Origin: an uncultured Planctomycetaceae bacterium
Lineage (GTDB): Bacteria; Planctomycetota; Planctomycetia; Pirellulales; Lacipirellulaceae
DNA length: 64,000 nt
Assembly: GCA_964430075.1 (NCBI GenBank)
Contig: CAYSFP010000008.1
Span: forward strand, 145 to 64,144
Direction of reading: 5' to 3'
The notes under the pieces were generated by a model that did not search any database, was not told the DNA's origin, and saw only the letters and a list, made by a program, of their open reading frames with translations. Both the position numbers and the translations under genes were made by a program. Of this stretch, positions 16,736-30,628 are shown piece by piece (the first letter of the stretch is position 1; the number at the start of each line of letters is the position of its first letter).

Positions 16736-16804
16736 GCTTAACGATTCCTCACGAGACGTTTTCGCGGCGAAGCTTTGGCGCCGCGGCAAATGACGACCTC
16801 GACG

Positions 16805-20746
<3,942 letters not shown>

Positions 20747-20952
20747 GTGCGTTACGCTGCAGGACTTGCGATGAGATAAGAGAAGTAGCGCCGGCCCGTT
20801 GGTCTTCAATCTTCGATCAATGCGAAGCGCCAAGGGCGGTCGACAGGCCCAAGCTACTCGCGCCGCAAGCGGCAATCAAGCATGGCGGTTCCGCGAGTCG
20901 CGAACTCGCAACGGACAACCGACGGCTTCGCCAGTCGCCGGGCGCGGCCCCA

Positions 20953-21395
20953 TTACGCCGCCTTGAGAAACACGGCGCCCAGCGGCGGCAACTTGAGCGT
21001 GAGCAAATGCATCCGGCCGTGCATCGGCACGGGCGACGCCTCGACCCACGCTTGCACCGTGCACTCGAAGATCTTGAGCGCCGTCGCATCTTCATCCGAT
21101 CGCTGGTTCGGACGAGCAGAATGCGCGCCGCGCTGGCGGTGAACGCGTCGGCTTCGTTTGACGTCGCTCGGCGCGTCCGCCGCCGGCACGGCGCACCTGT
21201 TTTCCTGCCGTTGGGCGATACGTCCACGAACTCCCGAATCCAACCTGGCGATGGCACCTCGTTGTCGGGACACGGAAGTTCTACGAGGCGCTGCGATTTT
21301 GCCAATCGGCAGCCCGACGCGCCCGACTGCACGACCGGCGGCAGCCGCAAGCCGGCCACGCTGATCGCGCCGCCTTTCCTCATTCAGGAAGCTCC
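20953..21395 (-). pseudogene. glgB: Decayed C-terminal fragment of 1,4-alpha-glucan branching enzyme
   Basis: One minus frame ends VEASPVPMHGRMHLLTLKLPPLGAVFLKAA*. Upstream pieces SFL/MRKG and VPSPGWIREFVD lie in other frames and match the GlgB C-domain motif order. Confidence 0.6.
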
Positions 21396-21563
21396 CGTCA
21401 TTGCCGCTCTGGAGGCCGTTCCGCTGCCAGCGACGTCCGAGTTGATCGAAAACTCGACGCGAAACCTTCCCGCACTTGCCGGACAACCTTTCTTTGTCGT
21501 TTCCACCGCAGCACACGGAAAAGCGTTGCGGGGGCCCGCAAACTATGGACATGATGAGAAATT

Positions 21564-21647
21564 AACATAATATAGGTCGATTGCGACGACGCGGAGCGTT
21601 GAGAGAAAGAGAGCGATTGAGCGCTATGAACATAATAGGCGAATTGC
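21564..21647 (+). promoter_or_regulatory. AT-rich direct repeat upstream of the polysaccharide operon
   Basis: aacataatataggtcgattgc (21564-21584) and aacataataggcgaattgc (21629-21647). Confidence 0.4.
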
Positions 21648-21653
21648 ACTGGC

Positions 21654-23921
21654 GTGAATCTCCATCCGCATCAGAGTCTAACGCCGCGTGATGCCGCCCG
21701 CGTTCTGTTTCGCCGCTGGCGCGCGTTCGCATGGACATTTCTCGCGATCGCCGCAGCGACGGCGCTCACGATCATCGTCTACCCCCGTTCCTACGGGTCG
21801 GAAGCGAAGATTCTTATCCGCATCGGCCGGGAGAGCGTGTCGCTGGACCCCACCGCGACGACCGGCCAGACGATCATGATGCAGAAGGCGCAGGATGCGG
21901 AGGTTAATTCGGCCTTAGACATCTTGAACAGCGCTGCGTTGCACAAGCTCGTGGCGGAAGAGGTCGGCGTGGATCGGATCCTGGATGAAGCGCCTGACAC
22001 GGGCGCCGCACAGAAGTCCAGCGGAGGTCAGGGCGACGCGCCCTTATCTCATCTGAGCGCGCTGTTGAGAAAACTGGGTCTGTCCGAGCCCGGGACGGAT
22101 CTCGACCTCGCAATTCGGCGGCTCGAAAAGGGCGTCCGCGTATCAGCGGCGAAGAACTCGACGGTCATCTCGATTCAGTACACCGCCGCCGCGCCCGAAC
22201 TCGCGCGCGACGTTGTGGCGGCGATGATCGAGATCTTTCTGCAGCAGCATGTGCGCCTCAATCGCACCGATGGGTCGTTGGAGTTCTTCGTCGAGCAGGA
22301 GGCGCTGGCTTCGGCGGAACTTGGCGCGGCTCAGATCAGGCTGCGCGATCACAAGAACAAATACAACCTCGCCTCGGGATCGATGCAGCTTGCCGTATTT
22401 CATGAGCAGATCAAAAACGTCGAGCTGGAGCTGCTGCGAACCACGCGAAGCCTAAGCTATTCCTTCGCACGAATCGCTGATTTGCAGAGTCAGATTGAAG
22501 ATCTCGATCCTGAAATCGTGACGAATCGCGTGGCGGGCCTCGCCAATGAGGCCAAGGACGCCATGCGGGACAGACTTTACGAACTTGAGTTGAAGGAGGG
22601 CAAGTTACGCGCGCGCTATACCGATGAGCATCCGTTGGTCGTCGAGGTCAAACAAGAACGCGAGACCGCCCAGCGCATTCTTGCGGCACTGCCTGATGAG
22701 CGCATCCAAACGACCGAAGCGCTCAACCCCAACCAGCGCAAACTGGAACTCGAGCTGGCCGAAGAGCGCGCCATGCAGCAGGCGCTGATTGCCCGCAAGA
22801 AGTCGGCGACTGAGCAGCATCAGCGCCTGAATGAAAAGCTCAAAGAGCTCAACGAGCAAGAAGTCACGTTGGCGGCGCTGGAACGCAGCGTGTCGCTGCT
22901 CGAAGAGAAGTATCGCATGCACGCGGCGAAGCTCGAGCAAGCTCGCGTGAACGCCGCGCTGGAACAGCAGCAAATCACGAATGTCAACGTCGTTCAGCCC
23001 GCCATGCTGGTCAAGAAACCTGTTTGGCCGAACAAGCGGCTGTTCGCGATGCTCGGAATGGTCTTGGCGATGGGGGGAGGACTCGGCGTCGTCGTTCTCC
23101 TTGAATGCCTCGATCAGACGCTGCACACTGCCAGGCAGGTAGAGCACGTCCTCGGCCTGCCTGTGCTGTTGTCATTACCGCGCGCCAGCAATCGCAAGAG
23201 ACGCAGACGCAGACGCATAGCGCCGGCCCGGGCGCTTCCGTCAGACCGATCGACCGTTGCGCCGGGCAGCCTTTCGGTGAGGCCGCATCGGCTCGCGGCA
23301 GGTCGTTATGCACCGCTGATCAGCCAGTTGGTGCGGACCGGACAACGCAGCGGAAAGTCGGCGCGGTTCGTGGGCGTCGTCGGCTGCCAGGGCGAGCGAA
23401 GTCGCAGCCGCGTGGCCGTCAATCTTGCCATACGGGCGGCCGGCAACGGTTCACGCGACGTCTTGCTCATCGATGCCGATGCGCGGCACCGCCGGGTGGC
23501 CAAGCGCTTTGATCTCAATGGCTCTCCAGGCTTTCACGAGGTCTTGGCCGGCGTAGCGGAGGCGGAGAATTGCATTCATCACCCGCGTGACGCCAATCTC
23601 GCCGTGATGGGCTACGGAAGCTCCAACGGCCACGCTGTCGACTCGGTACGCGCCAATGGTTCGACCGCACAACTGGACTGCATCAAGAAAAACTTTCGCC
23701 TCATTGTGGTTGATTTGCCGTCCACGGCCGCGCTTCACCCCCGGTCTCCGGCGGCCGAATGCATCGATGAGGTTGTCATGGTGATCGAGGCCGAGAAAAC
23801 GCGGATTCAGTCCGCCAAAACCGTCTTGAGCCGGCTGGAACGCGCGGATGTTCGCGTGTTGGGGGTCGTCCTCGCCAATCGGCGAGACGTTGTACCGGGC
23901 TGGCTCTATCGGCGGCTGTGA
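21654..23921 (+). CDS. Polysaccharide co-polymerase / Wzc-GumC-like chain-length protein with degenerate kinase domain
   Basis: N-terminal TM, long coiled coil, PVWPNK plus second TM, VLLIDAD and DEVVMVIEAEKT. Confidence 0.88.
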   Translation: MNLHPHQSLTPRDAARVLFRRWRAFAWTFLAIAAATALTIIVYPRSYGSEAKILIRIGRESVSLDPTATTGQTIMMQKAQDAEVNSALDILNSAALHKLVAEEVGVDRILDEAPDTGAAQKSSGGQGDAPLSHLSALLRKLGLSEPGTDLDLAIRRLEKGVRVSAAKNSTVISIQYTAAAPELARDVVAAMIEIFLQQHVRLNRTDGSLEFFVEQEALASAELGAAQIRLRDHKNKYNLASGSMQLAVFHEQIKNVELELLRTTRSLSYSFARIADLQSQIEDLDPEIVTNRVAGLANEAKDAMRDRLYELELKEGKLRARYTDEHPLVVEVKQERETAQRILAALPDERIQTTEALNPNQRKLELELAEERAMQQALIARKKSATEQHQRLNEKLKELNEQEVTLAALERSVSLLEEKYRMHAAKLEQARVNAALEQQQITNVNVVQPAMLVKKPVWPNKRLFAMLGMVLAMGGGLGVVVLLECLDQTLHTARQVEHVLGLPVLLSLPRASNRKRRRRRRIAPARALPSDRSTVAPGSLSVRPHRLAAGRYAPLISQLVRTGQRSGKSARFVGVVGCQGERSRSRVAVNLAIRAAGNGSRDVLLIDADARHRRVAKRFDLNGSPGFHEVLAGVAEAENCIHHPRDANLAVMGYGSSNGHAVDSVRANGSTAQLDCIKKNFRLIVVDLPSTAALHPRSPAAECIDEVVMVIEAEKTRIQSAKTVLSRLERADVRVLGVVLANRRDVVPGWLYRRL

Positions 23922-23976
23922 GCCTGTGCCGCCCCCCCTACGACTCCACATACTTTGACGAGCCGCATGAGCTCCG

Positions 23977-24909
23977 TTGGCAGAGAGTAGTCAATTGAAG
24001 AAGAACAGCAGTCCGAACATCGCTGAGGATGCGCAGCCGCGCGACGCGCGCGCTGAAATGCTTGATTCCTATGCCGTTGGCATCGCGGATTCGGAGTCCG
24101 ACGGCCGTCATGCGCTGGCCCTCGAAGAACGCGTGCCGGCGCCCTTGCCAGTTCGACGACGAAGGCGCGTGCGCGCCCGTCGTCGCCGCGACGCATCGCA
24201 AGGCTCGGCGATCATCGGCGCATTGGCCGGAGTGCTCGCCGACGGTCCTGCCCAGCCCTACCTCCAGGATGCGGCTGCCGGCTGCGCGAGCAGCTCCCTT
24301 GGGGACGCTCGCTGTTCGCCGTGTCCGGCTTGGAAGCGGGCCATGGACATCGTGGGAGCGCTGCTGGTCCTGGTCCTCATGTCGCCGCTGCTGCTGGGGA
24401 TCGCCGCGATGGTCAAATGCGTGTCGCGGGGCCCCATCTTCTTTCGTCAGCAGCGCGTGGGCGTCGGCGGCCGGCCGTTCACGCTTTGGAAGTTCCGTAC
24501 CATCGAGCTGAGCGACGCGCCGGCCGTCCATCTGGCCCACATCTCTCAGTTGATGACAACGAATCGACCGCTCCTCAAAGTGGACCAGCGCCTGGCCGTG
24601 ATTCCGGGCGGTCGGACGCTTCGTGCGCTCGGCTTGGATGAGCTGCCGCAGTTGTTGAACGTGTTGCGCGGCCAGATGAGTCTTGTCGGCCCGCGACCGG
24701 ACGTGATTCCTTACGACAATTATGAACCGTGGCAGCGCATGCGATTCGACGTCCTGCCGGGCATTACAGGACTGTGGCAAGTCAGCGGCAAGAATCAAAC
24801 CACTTTTGCCGAAATGATGGAGCTTGACATCGAATATGTGCGTCGGCGCAGCCTGATTCTGGATTCGGCAATCCTGGCAAAAACAATTCCTACGGTGTTA
24901 AGAGGCTAG
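23977..24909 (+). CDS. Bacterial sugar transferase (priming glycosyltransferase)
   Basis: KRAMDIVGA, PFTLWKFRT, LDELPQLLNVLRGQMSLVGPRP and PGITGLWQV. Start uncertain. Confidence 0.9.
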   Translation: MAESSQLKKNSSPNIAEDAQPRDARAEMLDSYAVGIADSESDGRHALALEERVPAPLPVRRRRRVRARRRRDASQGSAIIGALAGVLADGPAQPYLQDAAAGCASSSLGDARCSPCPAWKRAMDIVGALLVLVLMSPLLLGIAAMVKCVSRGPIFFRQQRVGVGGRPFTLWKFRTIELSDAPAVHLAHISQLMTTNRPLLKVDQRLAVIPGGRTLRALGLDELPQLLNVLRGQMSLVGPRPDVIPYDNYEPWQRMRFDVLPGITGLWQVSGKNQTTFAEMMELDIEYVRRRSLILDSAILAKTIPTVLRG

Positions 24910-24977
24910 TTGCGCCGCTGTTTCGAATGGGCGCGCATGCCGGGCTTGATTTGAGTTCATCACGTCGAGGTTGCATC

Positions 24978-26066
24978 ATGATTCGCGTTGGTCTGATCGG
25001 TTTGGGGCACTGGGGTCCCAATCTTGTTCGATGCTTCCACGAGTTCCCAGAATGCAAAGTCACTTACGTTTGCGACCGCGACGTGGAGCGGCTGCGGCAA
25101 ATCTGCAACAGATATCCAGAGGTCCACGGTACGTCCGACGACGCTGACGTGCTGCGATCCGATCGAGTCGACGCGGTTGTGATCGCGACGCCGACGCGGA
25201 CGCACTATGCCTTGGCCAGCCGCGCACTGGACGAGGGTCTGCACACGTTCGTCGAAAAGCCGCTGGCCACCCGGTCGGCAGAGTGTTTGGACTTGATCGG
25301 TCGCGCCGATTCCAACGGCTGCGTCCTGTTCGTGGGCCATGTATTTCTCTACTCGGCGGCCGTCGCGAAACTGAAAGAGATCGTCGCCGCCGGCGATCTG
25401 GGAGAGATCTACTACATCAGCTCCACGCGGCTCAACCTGGGGCCTGTGCGCCGGGACGTGAACGCTTTGTGGGATCTCGCGCCGCACGATATTTCGGTCA
25501 TCTTGGAACTGATGGACGCCTCGCCGGTGAGCGTCAATTGTTCGGGCCTGGCCTACCTCGATCAGAACATTCACGACGTCTGTAATTTGACGATGCGGTT
25601 TCCACAAAACAGGATCGGCATCGTGCACGTAAGCTGGCTCGATCCGAACAAGCGCCGCGTCATGACGATCGTCGGCAGCAAGATGATGGCGGTCTTCGAC
25701 GATATCCAGCCGCTCGAGAAGATTCGCATCTACGATACGGGCGTCGAGCTGCCGCCGCCTTCCGCGTCGTTCGGCGAGTTCCCCTGCAGCTACCGCTACG
25801 GTGACATTTATTGTCCCAGAATTCAGGAAGTGGAGCCCCTGAAGGCGGAAACGCGAAGTTTCATCGACGCCATTCTAAGTGGCGAGCGACCCAAGACGGA
25901 CGGATGGAACGGCCTCAGCGTTGTGGAAGTCATCGAGGCGGCCGATGCCTCGCTACGAGATAGCGGCGGTCACGTTCCCGTGCTGCGTGCGGCTCAGCCG
26001 GGCGCGCCCAATGCGGATGCCGCTCATGCTAAGCGGCGCGCACCCGTGCTCGTCACTCAGGGTTAA
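24978..26066 (+). CDS. Gfo/Idh/MocA oxidoreductase (WbpB/WlbA-like nucleotide-sugar dehydrogenase)
   Basis: GLIGLGHWGPN, FVEKP and WDLAPHD motifs. Context with an aminotransferase and an acetyltransferase. Confidence 0.85.
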   Translation: MIRVGLIGLGHWGPNLVRCFHEFPECKVTYVCDRDVERLRQICNRYPEVHGTSDDADVLRSDRVDAVVIATPTRTHYALASRALDEGLHTFVEKPLATRSAECLDLIGRADSNGCVLFVGHVFLYSAAVAKLKEIVAAGDLGEIYYISSTRLNLGPVRRDVNALWDLAPHDISVILELMDASPVSVNCSGLAYLDQNIHDVCNLTMRFPQNRIGIVHVSWLDPNKRRVMTIVGSKMMAVFDDIQPLEKIRIYDTGVELPPPSASFGEFPCSYRYGDIYCPRIQEVEPLKAETRSFIDAILSGERPKTDGWNGLSVVEVIEAADASLRDSGGHVPVLRAAQPGAPNADAAHAKRRAPVLVTQG

Positions 26067-26067
26067 G

Positions 26068-26670
26068 ATGTCCCCGCCGTACATTCATCCATTGGCTTTG
26101 GTCGAGACCGAAGAGATCGGCCCCGGCACGCGCGTTTGGGCGTTTGCCCACGTGATGGCCGGAGCTCGGATTGGCCGCAACTGCAACATTGGCGACCACG
26201 CATTTGTGGAGTCCGGCGCGACAATCGGCGATAACGCCACGGTTAAAAACAACGTCTGCGTGTGGAGGGGCGTCACGCTTGAGGATGACGTTTTCGTCGG
26301 GCCGAATGTCGCTTTCACTAACGATCGCTTTCCGCGATCCGGACGCATGCCCCAGGTCCGTGATCGGTACGCGTCGACTGCCGGATGGCTCGAGACGACG
26401 GTCGTCGAGCGTGGGGCCTCGATCGGCGCCAATGCGACTATTCTGCCGGGCGTGCGCATTGGCCGTTACAGCATGGTGGCCGCTGGCGCCGTCGTCGCCG
26501 CGGACGTCGAACCGTTTGCCTTGGTCGTTGGCGCACCCGCCCGTCGAGCCGGATACGTGTGTCGCTGCGGAAAAAAACTGGCGGGCGACTACCGGGAGTC
26601 GTCCTGCGACTCCTGCGGCGAATCCCCTGAGAGTCGGCATCCCCTGGAAAAACGCGTCAGCTATCCATGA
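26068..26670 (+). CDS. Hexapeptide-repeat N-acetyltransferase (WbpD/FdtC-like)
   Basis: IGPGTRVWAF, IGRNCNIG, GPNVAFTND and GASIGANATIL repeats. Confidence 0.88.
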   Translation: MSPPYIHPLALVETEEIGPGTRVWAFAHVMAGARIGRNCNIGDHAFVESGATIGDNATVKNNVCVWRGVTLEDDVFVGPNVAFTNDRFPRSGRMPQVRDRYASTAGWLETTVVERGASIGANATILPGVRIGRYSMVAAGAVVAADVEPFALVVGAPARRAGYVCRCGKKLAGDYRESSCDSCGESPESRHPLEKRVSYP

Positions 26671-27776
26671 ACGTTCCCTTTGTCGATTTGAAGTCGCAAG
26701 CAGACCAGTTGCGCGACGACTTGCTAACAGCCGCCCAGCGCGTCATCTGCGGGGCCGACTATATTCTCGGCGACGACGTCGCGACGTTCGAACTCGCTTT
26801 TGCCGACTTCTGCCAAACGGAGTTCGCGATCGGCGTCGCCAACGGAACGGAGGCGCTTCATCTCGCGCTGCGGGCCGTGGGTTGCGGATCAGGCGACGAG
26901 GTGATTACGGCGGCGAACTCGTTTGTCGCTTCAGCGCTTGCCATTTACTACGCGGGCGCCAACCCGGTGCTGGTCGACGTGGACGCGACGTACTACACGC
27001 TCGATGTTGATGCACTTGAGCGTGCCATCACGCCGCGCACCAAGGCGATTGTGCCGGTGCATTTGTACGGCCAGCCCGCCGAGATGGAGCCCATTCTCGA
27101 ACTCGCCGAGAAGCACGGATTGAAGGTGGTGCAGGATGCTTGCCAGGCGCACGGCGCGCTCCACGAGTCGGCGCCGGTGGCCTCGCTCGGCGATGCGGCA
27201 TGCTTCAGCTTTTACCCCAGCAAGAACCTGGGCGGCTGCGGCGACGGCGGCGCTATCGTGACCAACGACGCTCAGCTTGCTCGCAAGCTGCGGATGCTCC
27301 GCAACTATGGCCAGCGCGCGAAGAACGACTACGCGATGTTGGGCTACAACTGCCGTCTGGATACGTTGCAAGCGGCAATCCTCGGCGCCAAGCTTCCTCA
27401 TCTCTCTCGTTGGAACGAGCAGCGCCGGGCGATCGCGCGGGCGTACTGTGGGGCCCTTGCCGACGCCAATGTCGTTCTGCCCGCCGAGCGGCCGGGAACA
27501 ACCCACGTCTACCACCTGTTTGTCGTGCGGCATGCCGAGCGCGATGAGATGCTCGCGCATCTCCAGGACGCGGGCATTCAATGCGGCGTGCACTATCCAA
27601 CGCCGATCCACCAGTGCGGTCCCTTTCGACCGGCACGGACGGTTCCCGAGGGCGCCCCGACCGCCACGCGGTTGGCGCGAGAAATCCTTTCCTTGCCGAT
27701 GTATCCCGAGCTGGATGAGGAAAGCCTTCTCCGCGTCGTGGACGCCGTGAAGGCTTTTACATTGGTCAGCCGTTAA
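26667..27776 (+). CDS. DegT/DnrJ/EryC1/StrS aminotransferase
   Basis: VHLYGQ, DACQAHG, SFYPSKNLG (PLP lysine) and NCRLDTLQAA motifs. Confidence 0.92.
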   Translation: MNVPFVDLKSQADQLRDDLLTAAQRVICGADYILGDDVATFELAFADFCQTEFAIGVANGTEALHLALRAVGCGSGDEVITAANSFVASALAIYYAGANPVLVDVDATYYTLDVDALERAITPRTKAIVPVHLYGQPAEMEPILELAEKHGLKVVQDACQAHGALHESAPVASLGDAACFSFYPSKNLGGCGDGGAIVTNDAQLARKLRMLRNYGQRAKNDYAMLGYNCRLDTLQAAILGAKLPHLSRWNEQRRAIARAYCGALADANVVLPAERPGTTHVYHLFVVRHAERDEMLAHLQDAGIQCGVHYPTPIHQCGPFRPARTVPEGAPTATRLAREILSLPMYPELDEESLLRVVDAVKAFTLVSR

Positions 27777-27793
27777 CGCGCCGTGCCGTTGCC

Positions 27794-29143
27794 ATGTTGA
27801 CGTACGACCGTCCCCAATTTGCCGACAGAGTCGAAGGGCGGCCGCCGGCCCTGAACGCGACCGGGCGATTGTTTGGCCTGCAGTTCTGGATGCCCGCGAT
27901 CGTGCTTGCAGCCGTGCTGTACGTGATCCAGCACGACACGAAGTATGCGTCGTCCGCCTTCGCCGATGGGGAACTCCAAGGCGACCTTGTCGCGGAGGTC
28001 GGCTCCAGCAATGCGTCGCGGCAGTTGGGATTTTTGACGCTGGCGGCCCTGGGCGCCGCGCTGCTGATGCGAAGCCCGCCGGCTCCGTTGGCAATCAACC
28101 GGCGAATTCTGTGCTGGCTGGGAGGGCTCGTGGCCTGGGGCATGTTGAGCGGCTTGTGGGCGGACGACGTCGCGCTGTCATTCAAGCGATTGCTGCCTCC
28201 GCTGTTTACGCTGATCGCCGCGTGCGGCGTCGCGAAATCATGGCAATCGCCGCAGCTCTGCTGGTTCACCGTCCTGACCACCGCATCGTATTTGTTCCTG
28301 GGCATCGCGGCTGAATGTAAGGCGGGCGCATTTCTCTACGGCGACGACTATCGGTTTTCGGGAACGCTTCATTCCAACGATCAAGGCGTCAACTGTGCAT
28401 TGCTTTGCCTTGCCTCGCTTTGTCTTTATCGCCAGACCTCTGGCGACGAGCAATCCGCAGCGAATCGATGGTGGCTGCTGCCATCTGTTGTCGGCGGAAT
28501 GTTTCTCATGCTCACCGCCTCGCGGACGGCGACGCTGTCCTGCGCCGCGGGGTTGATGACCGCTTGGTCCCTGGGGGCGACGACGATTCGGAAAGTGCTT
28601 GCTTGGGGCGCACTAGCATTTGTGGCCCTTGTCGGTGGAATTCTCTGGATCGAGGCGGCCAACTCCGATGATGCGTTCTCGGCGGTCGCCAGCATGGGGC
28701 GCGAGCAAGACGAGGGCGAAGTCGGATCGCTGAGCGGCCGCGTCCCCATCTGGCGGGAGGTCATGGGCGACATCGCTGCGGCGCCGCTCTTGGGATACGG
28801 CTACGGCGCGTTTTGGACGCCTCAGCGAGTCCTGTTTTACTCCTACGTTCGCGGCTGGGAGTTCACGCACGCGCATTCGGCATATCTCGAGACGCTGCTG
28901 AACGTTGGCGCTATCGGCCTCGCCCTGGGATTGTTTGTCGTCCTTGCCGCCAGGAGTGCGGCCATCCATTCGTTCGGCGAAGTGGGCCATCCGGAGCCCC
29001 GGTTTGTCGCCGCCGTGCTGACAATGGCCCTCGTGCATGGATTTCTCGACTCGAACTTCGTCCGCGAGGGATTGGCGTCGACCATCGCGCTCTTGTGCGT
29101 CGCGACCATGATGTTTCACAACGGAAGGCGCGATGCCGCATGA
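27794..29143 (+). CDS. O-antigen ligase / Wzy polymerase family
   Basis: Polytopic membrane protein with TASRT, SGRVPIW, PLLGYGYGAFW and HAHSAYLE. Confidence 0.85.
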   Translation: MLTYDRPQFADRVEGRPPALNATGRLFGLQFWMPAIVLAAVLYVIQHDTKYASSAFADGELQGDLVAEVGSSNASRQLGFLTLAALGAALLMRSPPAPLAINRRILCWLGGLVAWGMLSGLWADDVALSFKRLLPPLFTLIAACGVAKSWQSPQLCWFTVLTTASYLFLGIAAECKAGAFLYGDDYRFSGTLHSNDQGVNCALLCLASLCLYRQTSGDEQSAANRWWLLPSVVGGMFLMLTASRTATLSCAAGLMTAWSLGATTIRKVLAWGALAFVALVGGILWIEAANSDDAFSAVASMGREQDEGEVGSLSGRVPIWREVMGDIAAAPLLGYGYGAFWTPQRVLFYSYVRGWEFTHAHSAYLETLLNVGAIGLALGLFVVLAARSAAIHSFGEVGHPEPRFVAAVLTMALVHGFLDSNFVREGLASTIALLCVATMMFHNGRRDAA

Positions 29144-30603
29144 CGTCCCTGGATAACACAACCGGTCGGCCGTTAGCCCGAGTGGCGCGCAATATCGCGT
29201 CGCTCCTGACGAGCGACGTGATTAACCGGGCTACGACGTTCGTCATGTACGCCGTCGTGGCCCGCTACGCGGGAGCGAGATCGTTTGGCCAGTTGTCGCT
29301 CGGCATCTTGCTGGTCTACACGTTTCAGGTCCTCGCCTGCGGCGGCTTGCCGACGCTGATTACGCGCGAACTGGCGACCAGAAAGCGCCGCACGGCGAAG
29401 TATCTCGTCGCCTCGAGCGTTGTCGTGGCGCTCACGTCGATCGTCGCAACGCTCGCCATGGTGTTGTTCACGGTGCTGATGCACTATGAGGCGGACACGT
29501 CGGCGGTGCTCCTGATCCTCGCGATCGGCCTGGCGCCTCAATCGCTGGCAACGATCGCCGAGGCGGTGTTTCGTTCCTGGGAGTGCATGCATTATATCGC
29601 GTATGCGAATGTGCCGATCAATCTCGCCAAGATGGCGGGCGCCTTCCTGCTGTTGCGGAGCGGTTACGGCATCAACGCGGTCGCCATGCTGATCGTCGGC
29701 TGTCGGGTGGCGATTCTCCTGGTGGAGTGGGCGCTGTTGGCGTGGCGGCTGCCGCGCGTCGTCATGCGAATTGACCTTGGTTTCGCCAAGCGGCTCGCAA
29801 TCGGCGGGGCGACGTTTCTCGGCATCGACGGCTTGATTGCCGTTTGGGGAAGCCTCGACTCGGTGTTGATCTCGAAGATGTGCGGCGAGTCGGACGTTGG
29901 ACTCTACTCCGCGGCGTGGCAATTGCTCGTGCCGGCAAGCTTGTTGTTTCAGAGCATGGTGAGCAGCGTTTTTCCGCTGATGTGCCAAAAGATGAAAGCC
30001 GATCAGGCAGCCCTCGGCGACTTCGTCAAATGGATGGTCGAAGTGCTGTGCCTGGTTGGCTTCCCCATGGCGATTGGGTTGTTTTTCCTTGCCGAACCGG
30101 GCTTGCTCTTGCTTTACGGCGATGCCGAGTTTGTCGCCGCCGCCAGCATCGTGCACGTGCTCCTCGCGGTCGTCGTACTTCAGGCCGTCACCAATGTGCT
30201 GGGCTATGCCCTTTGGGCCGGGCTTCAAGAGCGGGTTTCCCTGCGCATCGTTGCGGTGAATGTGATCGTGAACCTCGTCCTCGGAGTCATTTTGACTTAC
30301 TATTTCGGCGTAATCGGCGCCGCGTTCGCTTCCCTCGCCACCTGGGCGGTCAACGCCATCCAAACCTACCTGGCCTTTTCTCGTTTCAGTTCAAGAGTTT
30401 CGATCGTCGAGGCCGCTTGGAAAGCTGCCGTGGCAAGCTTGGCGATGACCGGCTGCTTCCTGGCCATGCGGAGTTCCGGCATGGTCATGGCGAGCGTGAC
30501 GGCCTCCGTCGCCTACGTAGCGGTCGTCGCTGCGCTGCTGGTGGCGGCAGCAGGCGGAGTCCGAGAGTTCTGCGCCGATTTTTTCTCGCCGCTCGTCGAA
30601 TAG
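29140..30603 (+). CDS. wzx: Wzx flippase
   Basis: About 12-14 TM segments, ARYAGARSFG, and DSVLISK..VGLYSAA. Confidence 0.85.
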   Translation: MTSLDNTTGRPLARVARNIASLLTSDVINRATTFVMYAVVARYAGARSFGQLSLGILLVYTFQVLACGGLPTLITRELATRKRRTAKYLVASSVVVALTSIVATLAMVLFTVLMHYEADTSAVLLILAIGLAPQSLATIAEAVFRSWECMHYIAYANVPINLAKMAGAFLLLRSGYGINAVAMLIVGCRVAILLVEWALLAWRLPRVVMRIDLGFAKRLAIGGATFLGIDGLIAVWGSLDSVLISKMCGESDVGLYSAAWQLLVPASLLFQSMVSSVFPLMCQKMKADQAALGDFVKWMVEVLCLVGFPMAIGLFFLAEPGLLLLYGDAEFVAAASIVHVLLAVVVLQAVTNVLGYALWAGLQERVSLRIVAVNVIVNLVLGVILTYYFGVIGAAFASLATWAVNAIQTYLAFSRFSSRVSIVEAAWKAAVASLAMTGCFLAMRSSGMVMASVTASVAYVAVVAALLVAAAGGVREFCADFFSPLVE

Positions 30604-30628
30604 CCGTCAGTCACGCGTGCCTCATCGC

